Assembly: GCA_973895155.1 (NCBI GenBank)
Contig: OZ316897.1
Span: forward strand, 22,047,455-22,111,454
DNA from: Marsupella aquatica
Taxonomy: Eukaryota > Plantae > Marchantiophyta
Direction: 5' to 3'
Length of the DNA: 64,000 nucleotides
Shown: one piece after another, positions 23,900 through 35,372 of the stretch
Layout: each line of letters opens with the position of its first letter
Position numbering within the stretch: the first letter of the stretch is position 1
The notes under the pieces: generated by a model
What the model was told of the DNA's origin: nothing
Seen by the model: only the letters and a program-made list of their open reading frames with translations
Database searches by the model: none
Translations under genes and position numbers: made by a program

Positions 23900-25450
23900 A
23901 CATATGTTCACGACCTAGACCAAAATCCAACTTTCTGGCTAATTTAATCCAGAGGGTTTCAGATTTGAGATGGGTTTCAACAAGCTCCCTCAAGTCAACT
24001 GGGAGCCAACAATTTTAGAATGGTTGCTGAAAATTCTCAAAGGGTGCAAATGATTCTTGAAGGGTGCCGATGCATGTTGCATGAAGCACCTTTCAGTGGG
24101 CGCGGCATTGCTCTGACCGCCCAGGTTAGTGACGGTCATCTTTTGCAGGAACTGCATATTTTTGGTCAGTGACCTAGCCCACAACATTTTGACCACAGGA
24201 AACCTCCGAGAATGAGCTGGTCTGAGACACCCTGGTTAGAGAAAACTCAATTTTTGCCTACTGGAGACAAATCTTGTGATGACCCAACCAAGTGCTGGGC
24301 ACATTATTTTCCAACAAGGCTTTGGTGGTGACCTATTCCAACTCAGACTGATACTGGAACAGAAGCTCCAGACTGTTTGTATGGCTTCCCAGTTGAGCAG
24401 TCCCCAGTCGAGGAGTACAATCATCAATATCATCAACAACATCTCTGGACAACTGGCCAGCATGGATGAGGTATTTTCTATGCAAGCAAACAGAAATTTT
24501 TGATAGGGAGGACAGTCACCTAGTAATTTAAATTTCCAACTGCATGTTCTCGAGTAAGTTGCAGAGAACAATCCGAACTCTTTTGAGTTTTGCTCCCTTC
24601 TATAGTTTGGTGCCTTTTTAATTAAGACTCCAGATGGATAGCAAGTTAGGCAGCCAAAGAGGAGTGAGTCCCAAAAATGGATGTTACCAACAACCAGGTT
24701 GTTGATAGCATGGCAGTTGGATATACAAAAATAAACTAAGGTTATGTGAGTTAAAAATCTGCTTGTGCGAGGAATGCTTTTACTGTTTCCTTGCACGCTG
24801 CAATGAACCAAAGGAGTAACATTCACTCGTTTCAAGGAGTTTTCAAAGAAAATAATTTGCTTGCAACCTATATTACTAAGTATGCTGCCAATGAACCTAG
24901 TAGAGACTATGAATGTACCACTGGAATGAAAGGTTTGGTTAATATGCCATAGTTTCCACGGTTTACATGTGGCCCGTTGTGGTGACTGCCCATTGGCTTG
25001 CTTAGGAAAGGTGTCCAAAATGCCAATGGGCAATTGCTATGTCACTTTAATGGTTTGTCAAGATGTGGCCCGTACGTTTATCATTCTCTTTTGCAGTGAT
25101 AAGTTTTGTTTTGTGGGATGGAGACAATCTTTGCTATCATACCTTGGTTGTCTTATGTTTACTTAGGTGTCCATACTTTGATGAACTATGAGGGAACTAG
25201 CTGTCATATAAATAGTGGGAAACTTTGGGTCAACTCTGTCTTAGCTTTTTTCCTGCCAAATGAGAAAGGGGATGAGAAGGGGCTAGGATTTTGAAGAGGG
25301 TTTCCATTGCTCTTCAGCGGGCACAGACTTTCACCATTTGTTGTAGGGCAGAGGCTGTAGGGTTTAGGGCTTCTAGGCAGACCCCTCTGGGTGACCCTGA
25401 CCCTCCTTTGAGGTTTCCTCCTCAGCTCTACCTGCCAGGCTTTTTAGTAT
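23900..25450 (-). mobile_element. Probable degenerate transposon or pseudogene fragment
   Basis: An exon-like minus-strand frame (KYLIHAGQLSRDVVDDIDDCTPRLG…QSELE*VTTKALLENNVPSTW) has in-frame stops. A telo-box-like TAGGGTTTAGGG lies at ~25358. No family or termini identified. Confidence 0.3.
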
Positions 25451-26016
25451 TCAGCTGAGTAGGATTTTAGCCTTAGTTAGTTTCTCTTTCCTTTTGTTGG
25501 CTAGTTGTTCTTTTTCATTTGGTTTGGCCTCTTGGGCTGGTGGGCCCCTTTCGTTGCCTTTGGGGTCATTGCCTTTTACTTTCCCCCCATTATTGATTGG
25601 GGTTTTTGCCTTGAGTTTCATGTGTCTCCAGGTGAGGTGTTTTTGTTCTCAGGCGGTTTTGTTCTTGGCAATGAGATATACACATTTTGAAGTCCATTTG
25701 CGAATTTATCCAAGGAATGATCCCTTCATCCGAGTGATGTGGAGTTTTGTCTCATACTTTACAGGGAAATTGTTTTAGGAATGCCGAATCCGATCAGGAA
25801 TAACCTTTAAGTACATATCGGTCGATTTTTGCTGAAATTGTTGCGTACTTCGGCAAGATCAAACCAAAGTTGGAGTACCCTTCTCTTTTTGCCGTCACAC
25901 TTCGTCACTCAGTGAGCTCGTAATTGTGTGCAGGGGAATTGAACCCTCCATGTTTCCAAACATTGCGAATTGAACCTTCCATGGTTCCAACGAAATGCAA
26001 GTCCTGTAGCCAGCGG

Positions 26017-26968
26017 CCTGGTACACAGCCCAATACCCAGGTCTGTGAGAGGAAGATGGCCATTAGGTAGGTTGCTGTCCTGGTACACAGCCAAATACAC
26101 AGGTCTGTGAGGAGGAGCTGGCCATCAGGTACATTGCTGTTGGAGGACACTTCAGGCGATATTGTGGTGGGAGGACCCTGGTGAGCCTGTACAGTGAACG
26201 CTCAGGAGTGCTCCTAAGTACACACGCTGTCACCGTCGCATGTGGGTAACTTCTCAATTCGTTTTTCAAAAACTTCCCTTTGTTAGAGTCGCACGACGTA
26301 ATCCAGTGAAAGCAGGATTTGCCGAATATTTGCCAATGAAAAGGGCTGAATTGGCCGATGCAAAACCAATGAATCATTGTCTGAGCTTGTAGGAAGCAGA
26401 TTTTCTTGACCAGAGTAAAACAAGAAGCCCAGGACACTCCAGGGGAGATTGTGGTGGGAGGAGCCTGGTGAGCCTGGACAGTGAACACTCAGGAGAGCTC
26501 CTAAGTACACACGCCGTCACCTCCGCATGGGGCTAAGTTCTCAATTTGTTGTTCAAAAACTTCCCTTCGTTCAAGTTGCACGACGTAATCCAGTGAGAGC
26601 AGGATTTGGCGAATATTTGCTAATGAAAAAAGGGCGGAATTCGCTACGATGCAAAAACCTCTGAAATTATTGAGCATGTAGTAAGCAGATTTTCTTGACT
26701 AGAGTAAAAGAAGAAAGCCCAGGACACTGCAGGCGAGATTGTGGTGGGAGGACGCTGGTGGGCCTGTACAGTGAAGGAGTGCTCCGAAGTACACACGCTG
26801 TCACCACCGCATGTGGGTAACTTCTCAATTTGTTTTTCGAAAACTTCCCTTCGTTAAAGTCGCACGATTTGCCGAATATTTGCCAATGACAAAGGGCTGA
26901 ATTGGCCGATACAAAAACCTCTGAAATCATTGAGCCTCTAGGAAGCAGATTTTCTTGACTAGAGAAAA
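26017..26968. repeat. Three tandem ~290-bp units preceded by a ~61-bp tandem duplication
   Basis: Units begin AGGACACT.CAGG.GA.ATTGTGGTGGGAGGA at 26144, 26431 and 26721. CCTGGTACACAGCC.AATAC.CAGGTCTGTGAG occurs at ~26017 and ~26079. Confidence 0.9.
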
Positions 26969-29900
26969 ACCGTAAATGTTTTTCAGTCTGTAGTCCATGT
27001 GTCCAAAGAGTGAAATTGAACACTAGATCAATCATGGCCGCCAAGCAAGATTGCAGTCTAGCCAGTCCATGTTCTTTGAATGACGTTGGTAATGTACATA
27101 TCTCTTGAAGATGTAGCTAAAGATGATGGGTGTTGTTGGAAGTAAAGTTCGAGAACTTGTTCCACTGCAGTCGATGGACTCGTAATATATGCCGCTGGAT
27201 GACCAAATATGATGCTCCAAATTATCTTGAGTCAGTCAAATTCGCAAAACTCAACTCACACAAATGCAATAAAGCGGAGGAGAAGCATAAAGGTTGTATT
27301 ACGAGTCTTTAACTGGACCACAGAAGCTTGAATTTTCCGTTGTTGCAGAGTGGACCAGGTACACAAATGCTACTTTAGAATGTTAATTTGCACGTTTACT
27401 TTCGGATATTCAAGTATGCTGAAACTTCAAAGCACACATTTAGTCCCTCTAGCGTGGAATTGAAGGACACTTGGTAAAGATAATGGGTGCTGTTGGTGGA
27501 GAGGTCAGGTCGACGGTGGAAGGACGTTTGTGCGCGAGATCATCTCATCTGCTAAGGAGTTGGATCAGGAAATTCCAGAAGAATGACAAATGTCCGAGCA
27601 ACACGAGCCCTTTGAGTAACCTTCTTGATAAATAATGCTCTGACTTGCTGTACATTTTCCCACCATTGTTACTTTCTCATATTCATGAACTTAAAAATTC
27701 TTGAAGTTTGCATTCTGCTGGCAGGCAATCGAAGTCGTCTTGTATGACAAAACATTTGCTTCACCCAAGTCAATTTATGCTCTGTAATATTCTGATCGTA
27801 GAATAGATTCATGTAAGTCCAATTCTTAGCAATAATTGAACGAAAAGAATCCTAGTTAATTGGATTGCCAAATTACGGGTGTCACCAGAAGGTGTGTCCC
27901 TAAACTTGTCACTTCGAGGTGACTGGATTTGTGTGCATCCTCGTTCTCTTCACATTAAGAATTATGTAAGTGATATAGCGATATACATGGCTTGATGTTA
28001 CATATGTAGATAATCTAAATAGATAGAGATACGAAGTTTACATTCCAACATTATCCACCATAAAATCGGTGCAACTGTTCAGGTGGTGTCTGTTCATGAA
28101 AGAAACGACCTCTCGAGTTTGTTGCGAGTGCATGAACTGGTGTCCAATGATCTGCTTTGAATTGCACGCTTCGATATATACCGTTTTCCATCACTCCTCG
28201 CGGACATGAAGCATAATATTGACAGACATGAAATCGATACCACCGGTGAAATTGTCTTTTCAGAGAGTAAGTCAAAACTTACTCCAAAACGGCACCCATT
28301 TCTATGCAACGAGACTAGCTGTTTTAATTAGTTGCTAACTTGATCATTGAAAAACCTCGATCGAGGAGATCGATGTTTTGATGTCTTACTACCATCACTG
28401 TCTGAGAAGTCCGATCGTCCCCGTGCGGAGCAGCAATACTGGTCAATCGTGCCGGCCACTCCAGTACTTTACAACCAGAAATCCAATAAAGCAAACACTA
28501 GCTCACAAGTCGAAAAGGGATCCTCTCAGAAGTACAGTAAAGTCGGAGATGTAGAGAATGATGTAAAACTCACTAATACCATCATTCCCCTGGAAGGTTA
28601 TTGGGTTTGGTTATTGTATGAAGTAATTGACTTCCTTGTGTGAGAACACGCCTTATTTTAGCTTGCTGTAAGTAAGTACTAGTCATGGTCAAATGAAACT
28701 CAGCCCCGTTAGTGTATTATTTACTCCACACTAGAAATCAGCTCCGCACCAACGTGGATTGCAATCTTCTAAATCTGACGAAAGGATAGTCAAAACTAGT
28801 ACTCTTGTACTAGATTGCGGTCTCTACGTACATGGTCTGAACTCTATTGAGTAACCTTTGGGGAAGATGGCTGATGATCCGCTTGCAACTCGATCATGAG
28901 GGTGTTAGCGAAATTGTGCTCACGTCTTCAGTTTTCTTCCATTATTGAACGCTTCTGCGTCGACGCACTTGATAAAAAACAGACCATGGAGTCCAGTTAA
29001 TTTGGCCGTACGTACATGAATTTTAGAGCTCTAGACCTCACAGAATCACTCCGAAGGTTTGGACAGCGATGCAGAATATTACTTCGTATGAGACTAGCGT
29101 TAAAATCCTTTACATGCAAACTAATATTAATGCCCGAGCGCTGGGGCCAGCCTAGTCAAGGTTTAAATTCATTTGGTTAACATGGCTGTGCAGAATTATC
29201 TAAATGACGTTTAGATACGGGAGGAAGTTTTTTTGAGAAATTTTACCCCTGACATACAGTGGAGTTTGTAAGGATCATGCGTTTGTTCCATGTGCTTTGT
29301 CTTCACCACAGAAAAGAATGAGGTTTTGAGTAGAAAGGGCGAAGGTAATTCTGAACGGGATTTTGAAGGACTTTCGAATTTTAATTTTTGCAGCATCCAT
29401 ATTATAGATTTTTATTTATTGCGTGCTGTTGGGGGTTAGTTTTACTCTAAGGAGACGGATCTGAGGCCCACATCCTCCGACCCTAAGAAAACTGGTAGAA
29501 ATTAGTATCAGATATATAGCATCTTGTGTGCTCTCAAATATATACATGTCCAACCGTTGTCTGACATGAGATGATGATCGAGAAGAGTGTCTCCAGCTTG
29601 CCCATTTTATCTCTCTCGAAACCAGGGAGGTCATGGAAACTTGTATGTCTATTTTAAATAACATCGAAATGTATTTACATTCATGAGAAATCCACATAAA
29701 TACGACGAGTTACATGTATGATCTCAATCATCTCTCGAGGCTGTTAATCTTAGATTGAAGAAACATTCGGCATGAGAAAAAGGGTGCGAATTGTTCATCC
29801 TTTCAACATATGATGCTGAAAGCTCCATGGAGTATGTTTACTGTGGATCATTTTTGACACACTTGTATTAAGTTGAGGATGGTACTCATCCATAGGAAAG

Positions 29901-29971
29901 CAAATAAGATTGCCTCGGTGGTTTGGTCCTGAACGAGCCCTAAGTAACCTGCTAAGTAAGGACTGTCCTCC

Positions 29972-32900
29972 TTAATCAATAGCGATCTGCGTCAGGAGAT
30001 TAGGTGGGAGGTTTGGTAGACTGGGTCTTGCCTGTTGAGGAAGTTCATCATCACGATACTCTGCAGCTTGTTCCAGATCCGACGTAGGTTGAGCTTGGCG
30101 AGTTTTCAGCTCAAGGCTAGTGTTATGTTGGCGGTCACTGTCCTCATTCCAAATCTGTTTGAGAGCTGATTTGCTCGCCCGATCGCCCGCTGAATCCATA
30201 TCGTCAACATAACAATCATCAGGAGAGTCGTAGTTGGTGCTAGTCCCAACCCCAAACCCCTTACCATGAGATGCCACAGCTTTATACTTGTACCAGTGAG
30301 CACAGACCAAGAAGAGCAGGAAGTTTCCAATGCTGGCCGCTGCGAGAAGCCAGTAGAATTTGTCCAGTCTGCCTGATGTGCTGACGTTGTTTGGAAGCCA
30401 GGCACCTGTGATACTGCCATCTGAACGTCTCTTTCCTGTTGCACTATTCACAAGTGAAACTAGCAAGCTGCTGGTATAGTAGCCCAGTGATAGAGTGCAT
30501 ATGCACAAGGCAGATCCCATCGATCTCATGGCCTTTGGAGACTCGTTGTAGAAGAAGTCCAGTTGCCCGGCATATGTGAGAGCTTCTCCCGCACCCGCGA
30601 GGATATATTGTGGGAGCAGCCAAAAAATACTCAAGCTGAGATGAGCCTTCGGGTTAGCGTCTAGCATATCGCCCAGATTTTCTTCATGTACATATTGCAT
30701 CCGTTTGCGTTCAACCAGTCCAGCCACAATCATGGTGAATATGGAGATAACCAACCCTACACCAATTCTTTGAAGAGAGCTAGTACCTTTTTCATTGCCA
30801 GTAAACCTCCTTGCGATGGGTACGACGGCCTTTTCCCAGATGAAAAGTGATAGGAGTATGGAAAACTGTAGGAATGCAGCCATGGAGGCTGCCGAAAACT
30901 CAAAATTTCCAATCTTCCTTTCCATCGTAAGACCCTGCTCCACTGAAAAGGTTGTACTTTGTGCATAGACCGTGTAGAACAGTGAGGTGGTCATGAGGAT
31001 AGGCATCAACCGGATGACCATCTTTGTCTCCTCGACGCTGGTCAATGTATTTAGTCGCCATTTATCTTCGGTTTCGATTTTGCTATCCACCATGATTGCA
31101 GCTTTGTCCAAACATCTGCTCCACCGTAACATGATCTCACAGTCAATCCTCTTGAAGGGTGCCACGAATAAGGAACGAATTTTAATTTACTTAGTGAGCC
31201 CCTTGAATCCTTTGACTTATACCCTTGCTATTAAACTGGAGGATGATTCGCAGTAGGAAATCAGAGGTTTCAACACTGACTCTCAACGAAAATCTAGGTT
31301 TTGAAATACTTTAATTAAGAGAATGTTTCAATATAGAAGTACCTTCTGCCGTACAACGGGTGCCAGTGCAATGAATACGTTTGCAAAATCGGTAGTTATT
31401 GGAGTTCTGGCTTAAGACTTCTTTCGTCCCTAAATATGACGCTACCGATAACTTAAAAACGAAAAATCTCTCCAAAGCACAATAACTATACGCCAATTTC
31501 TGATGCTCGTCGGTAGGTACTGACGATCACCAAAGGGTCCGGAATGAATTGTTGATTGGACATAAATTATTTTTACTATCCACGGGGGAAGCAGCGTACC
31601 ATCGATATATAACCATCAACGTACGTGTGACATGAGGTCTAGCTTGCTAGGGAGATTTGATGAAGGTTCAAGAATCTTACTTGAATTGATTGGTACGTTT
31701 CAATTTCATATGGCCGTAAGGTTGACTCTTATTATCCAATTCGAAGAGCAAGTCGGAGTCACTATCATCAGGAAGCTGAAGCGTACGCTTCCTGTATGCT
31801 GCCAGAAATACCTGTAAAATCTGGGTCAAAGGGCTACCCTGGGGATCTTTGTATCTGTAGAGGCTGCGCCCTGATACAAAGGCCGACACCACACATAGCA
31901 TGCTAATCGTTGGAATGAGGTAACCCCAAAATCGCCCCACATTATCTTGGATCCAAACGAGAATAGTTACAGCAATGAATGAACCGCAGGAGATACCAAA
32001 GAAGTACCAGCTGAAGAATCCAGCCAAATTCTTCTTCTCCTTTTCATGGTTGGGATCGAATTGGTCTGCTCCAAATGCTGACGCACAGGCCTTGATCCCA
32101 CCTGTACCGATTGCAATCATGTACAATGAAGTGTAAATTACGACCAGAGGCGTTCCGGTTTGGGGTGGGCACAAGTTATTGTCAGTGTTGACGCACTTCT
32201 TGGGCTCGAAAACTGTCAGACCTGCCGATAGTGTAATCAGTAGCAAGCCCTGCGTCCAAATTAAACCATATTATCAAAGTTCCGTCGAATCTTTCCGATC
32301 AATTCAATCCTTTGTGGTGAAATAGATCTTATTCCGGGTCGATCAGAGAAATGTTCACAACCGAACATTTAAATAGAAATTGGTAAGCGGACAATGGCTG
32401 AAGATCTGAGTTGAACACATTATGATCGCCTACGTCCGCACACTATACTACAATGCAATTCATAAAGGCTCCGCAATCTGAAGACCGCTAGTATAGCTTC
32501 GCCACACGAGATAAGCCTGACCACCAATCAGCCGGTCAGGTCTAGTCGAAAATGACGGCTCGAATGTTGAGCTTCGTCGAGTCAGCTAACTCTTTCGAGT
32601 TAAATTTTCTCACTAATGCTTGGACATTTAAGAAATTGTATGCCAGCTCGGCTCAAATTTACTGAAATTGGCATCAACCTGTCAATAACTTTAGAAACTC
32701 TTATACAAACATCTACAAGTCTATTATGTGCATTCTACCCAGACCAATTGAGAGAATCTGAGATCCACATGCACATTAAAATCTCTCCTTTCAGTGGCGA
32801 TGGTACTGATAGAGACAAGGATTATCGCCCAAACCACGGGATCTCGATCTGGCCTTGATGATCACACCAATAATTTTGTGTAGGCTCGTGACCTTCTGGT

Positions 32901-34331
32901 TGTCAATAAGACGGGACTGAGTGCAACTAGAGAGGGTGCACGTGAAACCGATCAGTGCAATGGATTGGGAACTGTCTAATAAAACATACTTGCATGAAAA
33001 TAGGAACCTACCAGGAACTGGATGATGGAGGCAATGACGATGACCCAGAAGCGCCCTAGCCTGGCATCAGCGACAAACCCTCCAAGCAAGGTGAGCATGT
33101 AAGAAGTCCCCTGGTATGTTGTCACCGAGTTTGCAGAGTAGGACGAGGTAAGATGAAGGGTCTTTGTGAAATATGGCACAATATTCACGACGATGCTCGC
33201 CACTGCCATCTTCTCACAAGTCTCTGGCCCTGAAGAAACAGTTAGATTCCAATTTTAAAGACGGTAAATCTATCTAACAATTCCGCGGAAAGAGATAGTT
33301 TTGCTTATTTCCTTCTAACCTGGTCAAATTGAAGATCCAGTCTGATAGGTTTAATCTTCAGTGACACCTTAGAGATTTCCAATTTTAATCAATGTTTAGC
33401 GGTTTTTTTCTGAACTATTATCGTAGTCATCAGATGCGATCAAAACAATCCAGGATCCACCAATATATATGTTCGAGAACCTTGTTGAACTTATCAGATT
33501 TTGAAGTCTAAATATATGAGTTCTGAATGAACCGGAAGTATTTGGTCACAACTGCATTGTAAGTGTTAAGTGTGAAACTTCTTGTGTGCGTCGATTCCTT
33601 CTTAAATTCGTCAGAGCTTTTGGCATATGATTATGCCGTTCGAATGCAAGGATTACCAAAAATGAGAGGACCGGTTCTCCAGCCCCCAGTGCTATATCTC
33701 CTCGCGAATCTCCCTTTGTAATCCTTGGACCCATCTCCCAGGATGTAATCCACGGGCATTGCGTCGACAACGCCATCGTCCTGCAGCAAGTAATACTGTT
33801 AATTACGTCATCACGAATTCAACTAGGATTCATGCCACAATTGTACTCTCGATCCGAGTGCAGAGTAGAGTTGAGAGAAAATAATGAATGCATACGATAT
33901 CAGGTACGAAATAGGTAATAAAAGATGTGTAATACTTTGGCGTTGATCGACATACGCTAACGGCATCGTGGAACATGTACATGTAACGATTGATTGTGAG
34001 TTAATAAACCTAGGATTGTGGATCGAGGAACTGCGGAGGTAACTATGACAATTAGACTCGTTAACTGCTTGAATTAAGATGGAAAGCATCACACTGAAGA
34101 CTACAGGGAAGAAGTGACTTGATCGAAGTCGCCGGATTTGTAGAACCTGCAAAAGCTCGAATCGGGGGTAAAGAGTAGGAAAATCCCTATGCAAAGTCTC
34201 GTCAGCAGGCCTGGGGTCAAATGAAGGCAAGGTTTGAACTAGTGAGGGACTTGTACGTACGACACAAATAAAGTGGAGAGCCTGAATTAATGTACCAGAT
34301 TCTCCATGTTCATCTCCTGTCTCGTTCCCAT
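29972..34331 (-). CDS. NPF (NRT1/PTR) family transporter, ~696 aa
   Basis: Exons 34331-34296 (first exon less certain), 33780-33657 (DYKGR…TGGWR), 33229-33012 (ExxEK motif ETCEK; GGFVADARLGRF), 32249-31681 (GTGGIKACASAFGADQFD; FFSWYF; PQGSPLTQ) and 31115-29972 (CLDKAA; VEETK; WLLPQY; GQLDFFYNESP; LDKFYWLLA). All junctions are GT-AG with consistent phases. Confidence 0.93.
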
Positions 34332-35059
34332 GGTTTGATGACGCCTGGTAGACCTGTCCACGGTTTGCCTGAATTGGAGATACTCTGACCAACTCCTCTC
34401 GAATCTTGCTACAGTCGCTGCATCACTGTAATAGTTCTGGGGTCATGTACGTCAATTTGATGAGGTCCTGCAAAAATGGGTGTGCAGAATTAGTGAACAG
34501 TATGAAGAAGCAGACTTGCGAGGTGATTGCGCAAGTCAAAGCGCAATAAGGTAATTGTGAAATGCATTGATCTTCACTAGCACACTAGCACACTTTTTCG
34601 ATTGAAATATTTGGGGCATGATCACTAGAGAACAGGCCTCCAATGCAGATATTTTCAACAATTCTGCCATGTCGTTCGATCAATCTATCCATGCAGGCCG
34701 CAGGACTAATCTAGATCTAGTTTACTTGTTTAGTCGATGCCTACCGTAGATAGGTTAATGTAAATTCAGGTGGATGGGAATATTGAAACTGACCTTGCTG
34801 TTACCGTTGCTTCTGCTGTTGTTGCGTACATGCTGTCTCTTCGGGGGTAGCCCATAGCCCCGACCTCTCCTGATCCGCCCTAATCATAATTTTCCAGTCC
34901 TGAGAAACTATATATACTGATCCCAACCATTTCTGCCACAATCTAGCCTCAAGCGACTAGATTCGGGTCCACCTACGTAGCTTAGTGACTCAATCCAGCA
35001 CGCCTTCAAAAATTTGCAACGATTGATCTCCCATACAGTCTCGTACTCATTGAAGCTTG

Positions 35060-35372
35060 TCAGAGAGAATTCGAGAAAGACTCCCCGGTACAAGCTACTG
35101 ATTCGCTACTGACAGACCTCTCATCCTCATCTGGTTCTTCCATCTCCTGCAAGTCCAAACCGATAGATCAATGAATGTGAAAATTTCTACAAAATTCTCC
35201 CGTGGACCAAAGCTCGGAATGTATCTTGGTATTCAGCTAGTCGCCTCTCTTCAATCAGGTGTCTACCGGGGATAGTTGCATCTCCATGCACTCTCCACCT
35301 GAGCGGTGAAAGTGGCGTCTTTTCTGGATAAGGAGAGAGAGAGAAGTTGTGACCAACCTAGCTACATATATA
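35060..35372 (-). promoter_or_regulatory. Putative NPF promoter (TATA box beside a CT tract) and a 27-aa uORF in the spliced leader
   Basis: Minus-strand TCTCTCTCTATATATG at ~35365-35380. uORF 35143-35060 (MEEPDEDERSVSSESVACTGESFSNSL*) follows a CTTGCAG acceptor. Confidence 0.4.

Noticed and set aside
24236-25033. 265-aa ORF on the minus strand
   Set aside because: No recognisable motifs and an atypical composition. An overlapping frame looks more exon-like, so this is probably a chance ORF in decayed sequence.
33823-34392. 189-aa ORF upstream of the NPF exons
   Set aside because: It spans the predicted NPF leader, first exon (in another frame) and intron. It has a non-ATG start and is not protein-like.
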